A stretch of 63,828 nucleotides of DNA, the filler included, from Chiloscyllium plagiosum (lineage: Eukaryota), in assembly GCF_004010195.1 (NCBI RefSeq). It is 3 parts of one record of this genome, joined end to end, with 100 filler letters (N's around TTAATTAATTAA, not from the genome) between each part and the next. Parts side by side here need not be neighbours in the genome. Positions count along the whole stretch, not along the records: positions 1 to 29,053 come from NC_057717.1; 2 more parts are not named here. The stretch is one strand, 5' to 3'. This document shows positions 11,935 through 22,252 of this stretch, one piece after another (the stretch's first letter is position 1; every line of letters begins with the position of its first letter). The translations under genes were made by a program, and so were the position numbers. Under the pieces are notes generated by a model. It had not been told where the DNA came from. It saw only the letters and a program-made list of their open reading frames with translations, and ran no database searches.

Positions 11935-13409
11935 GATTTTATCCACGCCACTACTTTTCCACTAACACGACGGGCCCTTATCTTATTCAGTAATCTCCTG
12001 TGTGACACCTTCTCAAAGGCCTTCTTGAAGTCTAGTTGAATAACATCCATTGGCTGTCCTTGGTCTAGCCAGCTCAAAATTTTCTCAAAGATTTCGAGCA
12101 GATTAGTCAGGCATGACCTTGTCTTAATGAAACCATCCTGGCTCTGCCCTATTTTTTCAAACAGTTACAAATACTCTGAAAACTCATCCTTCACAATGGA
12201 TTCCAGGATCTTACCAGTGACCAAGGTTAAGCTAATCACTGAGGTTTGTTTTTTATCATTTTCCGTACTCACGTGTTAAAAAAGTGGTGACACCTTAGGT
12301 ATTTTTTAGTGCTCTAGGATCCTTCCTAACTCTTGCATTTGTTGAAAGATCACATTATCGCGCCTCCAATACCTCTTCAGCTCTCTCCTTTATAACACCA
12401 GAATGTTATCCGTCTGGTCCAGGTTGCTTAAGCTACTTCAGGCCATACAGATTTTATTAACACCTTCGCCCTGGCGGTGGTCATCATATTCAGCTCTGCA
12501 CCCTCACTCTCTTAAATGTTAAATGTATTACTCGTGCCTTCGACCGTCAAGGCTGACACAAAGTAATTATTCATTTCTTGGGCATTTTCTTGTTCCCCAA
12601 TACTATCTCTCCAATTTCATTTTCTTGCGGTCCCATATTCGCTTTTGCCACTCGTTTGTACTTTATATATCTAAATAAACTCTTACAGTCTCCTTTATCT
12701 TCGTGATCCACTTACCCCATATTCAATCTTCTCCCTCTGTATTTATTTGTTGTTGCCCTCTGCTGGTCTTTCCAATTTTCTCAATTTTCAGGTTTCCCAC
12801 TGCTCTTAGCCACATGATCTGCTTTCTCTTTTGCTTTTATGCTTTATCTGACTTCCCTAGTCATACATGGTTGCCTCACCTTCCCTGTACCATGCCTGTA
12901 TTTCCTCGGGATGAATCTCTGCAGCGTGTCCTGAGGTACTCCAAGAATCTCCTGCCATTGCTGTTCCACAGTCTTTCTTTGCTGAGCCCTTTCCCAATCA
13001 ATTCTACCCAGCTCCTCCCTCATGACTCTGTAATTGCTTTTAATCAGCTGTAATACCTTTACCACTGATTCTACCCTCACACTCTCAAATTTCAAAATAA
13101 TTTCAATCATATAATGGTAAATGTCTCGTAAGGTTTCCTTGACCTTACGTTCCTTACCTTGTCTGTCTGCATATCCTTCTCCAAGAAGCCATCTCGTATA
13201 CATTCCACAAAATCGTTTTCTTGCGAAACACAAGCAAACTGATTTTCCTAGTCCACCTGCATATTGAATTCCCAATTGATCAGTGTAACTTTGCCTTCCT
13301 CACAGATCTTTGGAGTTCCTGGTGTACCTTGCACCCCAGATCCTGACTACTGTTTGGAGACGTGAACATAACTCCAAATTTATTTTATTTTTACCTTTTT
13401 GATTCCTCA
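11935..13409 (-). mobile_element. CR1 LINE ORF2 (endonuclease C-part, linker, start of RT), 3' half of the element split by the ERV
   Basis: QLIKSNYRVMREELGRIDWE...VEQQWQEI...QRFIPRK motifs typical of CR1 ORF2; continuous with 21438-22250 once the ERV is removed. Confidence 0.85.
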
Positions 13410-13822
13410 TGGAAATGAAATCGACTCGACTCAACTGTTAGCAAGAACAAAGAAAAGAGCTTTATTCAGATTCTGCATAACCGAACTAATACATTCGGCA
13501 AGATGTCTCATGTAAGGGGCACCTGAGCATAATTCAGATACAGTACTTATACAGTTATTATTACGCTGTCAAGGGAAAAGAATGGGAAATTTTAAGTTGT
13601 TATTTTCTCATCCCTAGGTCTTGGACATAACTGTTCTTATGCTTTCCTCAGCTTTCACTGAAATCGAATGTGGCAAGGTCAAGTTTACTGTTTACAAAGT
13701 TCAAACAAAGACAAGCTGTCCCCTGGCTGCAGAAATCAGCACTCAGCACAGCATTAAATTTAGAAAAATCATTCTCTTTCAGATGTCACAGTAAATGTTA
13801 AATTTGTTCATTGTGCATTACA
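13410..13822 (-). repeat. 3' LTR (413 bp)
   Basis: Minus strand starts TGTAATG right after the PPT and ends TTTCCA; AATAAA (plus TTTATT 13461-13466); TATA-like TATAAG near 13546-13551; 13744-13822 matches 21360-21437. Confidence 0.88.
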
Positions 13823-13835
13823 TTTCCCCCTTTCT
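13823..13835 (-). promoter_or_regulatory. Polypurine tract AGAAAGGGGGAAA
   Basis: Abuts the TG start of the 3' LTR. Confidence 0.9.
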
Positions 13836-14009
13836 GTCATTTTATGACAACAAGGAGAACTCCAGCAACAAAAATAACTAGAGTCAGATTAGCTATACAT
13901 CTAAAAATGCTTAAGAAACACCAGGCGTTTCCTCAGACACCACCGACATGCAAGACAGCTTTGTGGTGGATCGTCACTTGTTCTAGTGTGCCTTGTATAC
14001 AGCTCATAT

Positions 14010-15626
14010 TCACACGTCACACTCGTCAAAGTCACGGCAGGGTAGGATCCCCGATATCGGATTTTCCTGCCTGGGGCCACTGATAATTTTACCATTTTTA
14101 TCCTCCTGCCTTCAGAAGCAAGTGGTGCAGGCAGGTACACAAACGGGGTCCTATACAATGCACTATGCATAAGATCAGTCCTACAACTAGTAGGACGTGT
14201 AGAATCTAATGCCCTATCCTCAACAAAGGGAGGTGAGCCATCGGAACCAGGAGTCATCTACTGGCGGAGGTGGTCGTATCACTGCCTTCATATTATTTAT
14301 TACAGCAATGATATTTTGGGATTCATCAGGAATATTAAAACAGCATGAGGCACCTAAAATTTTACAGACGCCCCCGCTCTCGACCGTCAGTATGTCTAGC
14401 ACGAATCTATTTTGTAATCACTGCTTCCTTAATCGCCGTTAACTCAGTGTTAATGAGTAGTAGGACTTCCTCTGTTTCGTTAGCTTACAGTAATACACTA
14501 AATGCAAAGCCATTATTCTTGTTTATAAGCACTGTTGTCCCTGCTCCCAAGAGAATGGGGCACCCAATATTCATCGTACCATTTGCATAAGTTGCTGAAC
14601 AAGAGTCATTGTTCAAATACAGTGTCGTAGTACACTGGGAGATCCTAAATGGAGTCTCCCCTGATTTGTGCAAATACACGTTTCTCACCTGCCTTCCCCT
14701 CGATGGAAGGCTGTCGTCGGGAACGCGGCAGCTTTGAGTCTGCAGTTAGCCTTGAGTTCTGGAGGTGACGCGAGATTTGCCCTAATTGTTCCCAGGGTAG
14801 TCACCGCCCGCATAAGCAGACCGCTAACACTTCTCGCCAGGCTCTCTGTGATTGGTTCGGCAGTTCAGCATTGGGCTGTCTGCAAACATATCCAACAAGG
14901 ATAGCCAAACCCTAATCTCCGGAGTAATATTAGGGCCAAAGCTCATGCTCTGTTCCCTGAACATCTAGCAAAGGCCCGACGCACCTCCCAACCTACTGGC
15001 GTCGCATTTACGCCATTTATCACTTGCAGGGGCCAACTCCACTCCTGTGTTAGACTCGCTGTAGTCCCCCAGTTGACTCCCTTTGCGTTCAGGCGTGACA
15101 TTAATGCCCTCTGCCCTGCTTGGGGTTAGGTCCATGACCTGGTTTGATTGGCTGCCATGCCCCGGTACTACTATCTTCTGTAGGACCTTCTGCACTGAAT
15201 TTCGGGGAGGAGGGGTTGGCTGAGCGACTGTACCACTATATTCACCTGCCAATAGATGTCGGAGAAGGGTTTATCTATTCCAGACCACCAGACTCCCCTA
15301 TCGCTCTTCTGAGTCTTGGATATTATCACCCGTGCCCTGGAACCTCCTAACTTGATCATAGAATATCCATTTCCCGTGTCAGGTGTTCCTTTAGCTGTGG
15401 TGGCTACTACTAAGTGCCAGTCATTGGCGCCGCAAGGATCCCTGCTTAAATATTTATTGTCCCACATATAGTCGTCCTGGTTTCTAAACGGCCATGGGTC
15501 GTATGTGAAGGTGCCCTTATCAATCTCAGTTAAGATTACCGTTTGTGGCTGCATCCCAAATGCCCCTTCCCTTAAGACAATTCCTATCAGGGTGCTTACT
15601 AACAGTGTGAGCTGTGGCAGCCCCAT
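14010..15626 (-). pseudogene. env: ERV env (gamma-type), disrupted: signal peptide, Ig V-like domain, Pro-rich linker, CWIC, TM with ISD and CX6CC
   Basis: MGLPQLTLLVSTLIGIVL leader; CWIC at 14886-14897; QNRFVLDILTVESGGVCKILGASCCFNIPD; DDSWFRWLTSL membrane-proximal region; no furin site found (probably deleted); 3' end inferred. Confidence 0.9.
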
Positions 15627-15658
15627 ATTCGTACGAGGCTTCTAATAACTACTTGCAC

Positions 15659-18600
15659 TTAATTCGTCCGGGTGTTTTCCGATGTCTCATCAGGCCCAGC
15701 TACACGCTTGCAATGGCTGACGTGTATCCACGTAGCTCTTTTAGCGATCTTAACAGCTGTCTGTGTTGTAAGGAGCACTTGAAACGGTGCCAGCCGACTC
15801 TTTACATTGAAGTTTTTCCTCCTGATGTCTTTCAACACTATCCAGTCTCCAGGTTCAAGATTATGCAGTTTCCCTTCGGCTGGTTCGAGTCGTGCTGCTT
15901 TCACTTGATTCTGTATTTGAGACAAAAGTGCAGAGAGTTGTATACAGTAAGACAACATTTCATCCTCATAGTGGTCTGTTATCTGTCTTACCTTAGGTCT
16001 TGGTCCAATTCCTGTGTGGGGTGGTCTACCAAACAAAATCTCAAACGGGCTAAGATTAGCTCTTCCTCTCCTCCTGGATCTCCATATACTTTTAGCACAT
16101 TCAGAAGTGTCTGTGTCCACGTCACCCCAAGTTCCTCACAACATTTTGTCAATTTACTTTTAGGGTAGCAAATTCTCTTTCCAATGACTCACCGCTCGCT
16201 GAGTGGTAGGCACAGTGTTGTCTTATGTTTATTCCCAAGTGATCACTGATCTGTTGTAAGGCATTACTGACAAATGGTGTCCCATTGTCGCAACTAAACC
16301 TTCCAGGGTTGCCCCATCTGGGAATTATCTCAGTTAGCAAAGAGTTGGCTACTGTACTGGCATCCTATTTAGACGTGGGGATCGCTTCCACCCATTTGGA
16401 AAACATATCAACTATTACCAGACAATACCTTTTCGCTTCACTGGGCGTTAGTTCAATAAAATCCATCTGTAAAAGTTCAAAGGTTTTTTGGGGTTGGGGG
16501 TATGCTGCCTGACTCATTTGTATTACCCTCCCCATGTTATTAGTGGGGCAGATAACACAAAGTTCACAATATTTCTGGGAGTAATGAGTAAATCCATCAG
16601 TGCCATAATACTGTCATAAATACCCCCCCACACACACACACCGCCACCCCTTTTGACACACGGTCCTTACCGTGCGTCAGTCTGGCATAGAATAGAAATA
16701 ATGATCGTGGGAGACAGTGTTTACCATTGGGGCCACGCTATACTCCTTCCCTCACACTGCATCCTGCTTTCGTCCACTCACGCTTTTCTTCAGGTGTGGC
16801 CTGTGACTATAGCTCCCATACGTCTGCTGTTGGGGCACAATTTTTTGTCATACACATGCCAATCTGATCACGTGGCAGCTGCTGGGCTGCTAAGTCTGCC
16901 CTCGCATTGCCTTGAGAAATAGAATCATTATTTTCTGTGTGGGTTTCACATTTACACACAGCGATTGATTTAGTCAATAGGACCGCGGTTCAAGGGAGGT
17001 CAGAAATCAGGCCACGGTGTGTGATTGGCTTCTCGGTAGGGGTCAAGAAGCCCCTTTGTTTCCACAGGGTTCCAAAATCATGTACAACCCTGAATGCGTA
17101 TCTGCTATCGGTGTAAATATTCAATGTGTTTCCCTCAGCCAATTTACAGGCCTCAGTCAAGGCAATCAGCTCCGCTGCTTGTGCTGTCAGAGCAGCATAC
17201 CCAACACAATTCTGCAGCATACCCAACACAATTCTGGCCTGTCTCCTTGCTCCTGACTGCTGACCCATCCACGAAAAATCTCCATATCTGGATTCTGAAG
17301 TGGTGAATCCTGCAAATCTGGTCTCGGGCTGCGAATTTCATTAGTTATAGCGACACAATCATGTGGGTCTCCATCTCCTTCTGTGTGAGAAGGCTAGCAG
17401 GCTTAAGAACGTTACATTGCTATATTGTAATGTTAGGCATCTCCAATAGCACAGTATTATATCTGAGCCAACGTGCTGCCTACATATGTGCGGTATTTTG
17501 CTCCGAAAGCAGAAAGGATACTGCATGTGGGTCCAGAAGAGTTAATTCACCATAGCCGATTATATTCCTGGATGCTACAACAGCCTTTTCAGCTGCGGCC
17601 ACGGCTCGCAGGCATTTAGGTAATCCTTCTGCTACGGGGTCTACTTTTCGCTGAAAAATATGCTACTGGCCTCAATTTTCCCCCATGATCCTGCAAAAGT
17701 ACAGATGTCATGCAGCTACGTTTCTCAACTACTGATTGTACAAAAGGCTTGTTTGGATTTGGAATTCCCAGTGTAAGTGCAGTTTGGACCGCCTTTTAAA
17801 ATTCAACAAATGCGCTCTCGGCCTCTGTCGATGCTACTATTAAGCAATCATCCACATGCTGCAGAAGCGCTGACCCCGGGGTTAAAGCTAGAGTCTCCAG
17901 ACTCCTGCGTAGAACCTTGTTATATATGGTGGGGGGACTCACAGTAACCTTGACAAAGTCGTGTGAAGGCATATGATTTTCCTTTGAATGATAAAGCGAA
18001 CCAGAATTGAATATCTGGGTGGAAACGTTCACTAAAGAAGGCATTTGCTAAATCCACAACAGAGAATCGTTTACTGTCCGGTGGAACTTGAACTAACATA
18101 ACATAGGGGTTGGGAACATTTGGGGTGCGTGGGACTACAGCATAATTGACTACCTGCAGGTCTTGAACAAACCTCCATTACTCCGGTTCACCGGAAATGT
18201 TTGCCTTTTTGACCAGAAAAATGGGGCTTCTCACCAGTGAGTTTCCACAGTGGATTATCTCTCCAGGCTTTAGGACAGATTAAAAGACTGGAGTAACCGT
18301 TCTATGGCTCGGGTGTTAATTATTATTGTGCTCTGCAAAAACGATACTCAGATTTCGGAGTTATCCTTATGAGCCCCATATCATGTTTGCCTTTTGCTTA
18401 CAACTCAGTAGGGACCGTTTTAATTCTTGGACCTGAGATTTCTATCTTTGGTAAATGCCAGGCTACCCCCCAAAGCTTTCCAGGGATAGCGGGAGTGACC
18501 TGGACTGTCCTATCAGCCTGAGTTAGCCAATTAACTTTCTTGTCATATGTTCACATATCTGCATTGAACCAGATACCCAAATCCTCCTTGAAGACCCAAT

Positions 18601-19120
18601 CTTTCGTTCTTTGCGCACATAGACGCAATACCTGCCACCTGTCACTGAGTGCCTTCGCCAGTGACACGTGGGTAGCGGAGCCTTCCACATTAAAAAGACA
18701 GGGTCTGCTTGCTGTTACAGATGCCTTAGATAAGTTCACACTGACTGCACATCTGTGATCATTCTAATAAAATTGCACAATAGGGATGCAGTAAATCTTC
18801 CTCGTATCACGACACCTGATGCACCCATTGAGTTCAGGAACCTTCCACTCATCTTTATTCGCATTGACTCTCTGAACTGGCTTGATTTCAGGACTAAATA
18901 TGCTGCCCCTGTATCTACCAAAAAGGTAAATTTTATCTTCCACATGTAGCATAGAGGTAGTCATCGACGTATATGCATCACTGATATACTTCGCAATCTC
19001 AGAGCTTAACACAGAGGTGAGAAATGTTTCAGTGCCAGTATGGTTAGTAGAAAAGATTACCATAAGCGAGTCTTCGTTGTCAAGCATAAAGGAAAGAGGC
19101 TTACCTGTACCTTGTGGGCT
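15659..19120 (-). pseudogene. pol: ERV pro-pol, disrupted
   Basis: FLVDTGA (~18901-18925); WRFVQDLQVVN, VVDLANAF, QHVDDC (17847-17858); RNase H FVDGS, AQAAELIAL, IYTDSRYAF; IN LQMDFIEL, CDNGTPF, LSPFEILFGRP, PFQVLLTT, WIHVSHCK. Confidence 0.95.
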
Positions 19121-19124
19121 GCTT

Positions 19125-20681
19125 ACCTCCACCTCAACCCTCCCCTCTGAGTCGCCCTGCCGCTCAGGCTCCAGGCTGATTGACGCTGTCTATGCTGGCA
19201 CTGCCTTGCCCAGTGGTCCATTTCTCCGCAAACAACTCAACCACCAGTTATGCCTCTGGTAGCGCCTCTTCTGCGACCTCCAGCTCAGCCTCTGTTTCTT
19301 TCTGCAGCACCTTCCGCCAACGGCTGGGTGACCATTTGCATCATAGTTTTGGAGTTTATGTGCTTGTTGTTCCATCTTGAGTTTCCGCTTATTCTTCTCG
19401 TGGGTAAGCAATTTTTCATCATGCATTGCATGTTGTTCTATCAAATTCAGCTTTCGGGTGTCCCAGGTAATGCAAGTGTCTTCTAGCTTTTTAGCTGATT
19501 TGTCCTTCATTCCATTGATGAAGCTGTTCCTGAGCTGTGCCTCATACAGCGTGATCTCTGCCGCCGTTATGTCGTCGGGTAGTCTCAGTCCACTATGGGC
19601 GTTATGGACTTCAGTGAGGAGCGGAAGGTACTGGGACACTGTTTCACCTTCTTGTTGTTTGCCCATTGCAATTTTGGTCATGTCCATTTGCACTGGGAAT
19701 GCCTCTCGACGGGCGGCTGCAACAAAAGCATCAAAGCTTGGGGTCGGCTGCCCTGGCTTGGACGTTTACGACTGGCTATTTATACTTGATTTTGGTGACA
19801 TCGGCACCCAGGTGTCATCTCAAGAGACGTCTGATTCCATGTGACATGGGACAGAAATCAGTACAGAACTTTGTCACGTCTTCAACGAACTTATTACCTC
19901 TAACCTCGCGTGTGTCAGGAAATTACCCATAGGCACTTTCCAGATCCTTCATGGTCCATGGACTGTGGACCACCACTGGATACCCTTCTGGACCTCCAAC
20001 TTCAACCATTGGAGCTTTCAGAACTACCTGGCTAGACGATCGCACACCACTACTCTCACTGCCTGACTCGTCATCCATCGGGGGTAATCGCGAGCAGGCC
20101 CGGGATCCTTTTCAATCTTGGAGTGACGCCCTTACTTTGGGCTTCTTGCTTAGTTGATGAGTGGTACGAAGTGTTCTCATTGATTCAGCACACCTTGAGG
20201 TGGCGCCGCTGACTAGGAACCTTCGCCAGGCAGATCTCTTAGGGGGGCTGTAGGAATTGGAGGGCAGTCATCAAAGTCAGAATCTGAAACAGACTTAAGA
20301 CACTGCACAGGTCCGTTCGGTTGTTTTCTGAGCGTGTCTCCATGTGTGCTAGTGTTTGTATGTGTATAGGATCTACCTTTGACATGAGATATCCTTTCTC
20401 TGATATCTGCCTCAGCGTTCCACATGTTATAAGCACTCCAATTCACAAGTTCTGTTTTCCCTTCCGTTTCTCCTTCTCTCTCTCTCCTTCAACCTCGACC
20501 TCAATATTTCCAATTGTCTTTTCGTCAAACTTCCTCCCTCCGGAAAACCAAATTCCTTGACCCACAATTCAAACTGCTTTACAGACTCTGGGCCGTAATT
20601 ATTTTGTATGCATTTTATTTTTGTTTGGCCATTCCAAGTCCTCGGTGGACCCTCTTTTTGTTTGCTCTGGCCAGAGCCCAT
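19125..20681 (-). pseudogene. gag: ERV gag, disrupted
   Basis: Myristoylation-type start MGSGQSK; WVKEFGFPEGGS; PTAP late domain (~20245); MHR-like KQQEGETVSQYL; zinc-knuckle remnant CGEMDHWARQC (~19197-19230). Confidence 0.9.
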
Positions 20682-21359
20682 TTTTAGCGTAACAATAAGC
20701 GTTCAGCTCTCTCTCGCGCGCGTAGTATCATATTTTTGCATTGACGTGCTTTGTTACCTCCGCAGATCCCCTCTCGCCTTCGGCGCGNNNNNNNNNNNNN
20801 NNNNNNNNNNNNNNNNNNNNNNNNNNNNNNNNNNNNNNNNNNNNNNNNNNNNNNNNNNNNNNNNNNNNNNNNNNNNNNNNNNNNNNNNNNNNNNNNNNNN
20901 NNNNNNNNNNNNNNNNNNNNNNNNNNNNNNNNNNNNNNNNNNNNNNNNNNNNNNNNNNNNNNNNNNNNNNNNNNNNNNNNNNNNNNNNNNNNNNNNNNNN
21001 NNNNNNNNNNNNNNNNNNNNNNNNNNNNNNNNNNNNNNNNNNNNNNNNNNNNNNNNNNNNNNNNNNNNNNNNNNNNNNNNNNNNNNNNNNNNNNNNNNNN
21101 NNNNNNNNNNNNNNNNNNNNNNNNNNNNNNNNNNNNNNNNNNNNNNNNNNNNNNNNNNNNNNNNNNNNNNNNNNNNNNNNNNNNNNNNNNNNNNNNNNNN
21201 NNNNNNNNNNNNNNNNNNNNNNNNNNNNNNNNNNNNNNNNNNNNNNNNNNNNNNNNNNNNNNNNNNNNNNNNNNNNNNNNNNNNNNNNNNNNNNNNNNNN
21301 NNNNNNNNNNNNNNNNNNNNNNNNNNNNNNNNNNNNNNNNNNNNNNNNNNNNNNNNNNN

Positions 21360-21437
21360 CAGCACAGCATTAAATTTAGAAAAGCATTCACTTTCAGATT
21401 TCACAGTAAATGTTAAATTTGTTAATTTTCCATTAAA
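21360..21437 (-). repeat. Visible end of the 5' LTR (remainder in gap)
   Basis: Aligns with 13744-13822 with about 7 substitutions and 1 indel. Confidence 0.88.
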
Positions 21438-22250
21438 CTACCCGACACAGATTCTACACCATCTGACCTTACTTCATTTCTTATTATTGATTCACTTTCA
21501 TTTCTTACCAATGAGGCAACCCTATTCCTCTACCCGCTTGTCTATCTTTTCGACAGGATGAGTATCCTTGAATATTCATCTCCCAATCCTGATCCTTTTG
21601 CTGGCCACCATGTTGTATCTGCCAGTTTGTGTTCGTGTCACAAGCTCATTTACTTTATTCCTGAGACGGCATGCATTCAGATAGAACACTTCCGTCCTGT
21701 ATTAACCGTCCCTCTTTTCATTGTCATTTGTTTGTCCTGTGTCCTTGAAGTTTGATTGCTAACACTTTCCATTCACTCTGTATCTGTGTTGGAGGTTTTA
21801 ATAACTTCTGCTGAGTTCTGCACTTTTGGCTTCTCCTTTAATTCGGGTTTTCTAATTTTCCGTATAACCGACCCCCACCCCACCACCATTAATCTTAAAG
21901 TCCTGTTTATAACCGTAGTTATACGATTTGCTAAGACTCTGGTTCCAACACGGTTCAGGTGAAGACCGTCCCATTGGAACAGTTCCCGTCTCCCACAGTG
22001 TTGATGTCAATGTCCCATGATTCAAAACCATTTCTCCCACACCAATATTTGAGTCATACATTTACCTGCTGACCCTGTGCCTATTAGCTCATGGCTCAGT
22101 CGATAATCCAGAGATTATTTACTTTTTGGGTTTGCTTTCTAACTTAGCTCCAAGCTGTGCATATCGCTAAGCAGAACCTCTGCCCTAGTTTTGTCTCTGT
22201 CGTTGGTACCTATACAGACCACGACTACTGGCTCATTCCCCTCTCACTCC
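21438..22250 (-). mobile_element. CR1 LINE 5' part: ORF1 esterase-like end and start of ORF2 APE endonuclease
   Basis: ELFQWDGLHLNRVGT (~21945-21995); YLNACRLRNKVNEL (~21640-21685); RKDRQAGRG and GVESV motifs. Confidence 0.85.
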
Positions 22251-22252
22251 AA

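Larger units (their letters stand above)
13410..21437 (-). mobile_element. Endogenous retrovirus, class I epsilon-related (fish ERV-like), defective near-full-length provirus LTR-gag-pro-pol-env-LTR
   Basis: Ordered gag, PR, RT, RNase H, IN and env motifs, a PPT and two matching LTR ends; many stops, frameshifts and deletions; the PBS falls in the gap 20788-21359. Confidence 0.95.

Noticed and set aside
13901..14257. 118-aa minus-strand ORF as an accessory gene
   Set aside because: It overlaps the frameshifted env TM/cytoplasmic tail; the 13837-14007 frame is the better candidate.
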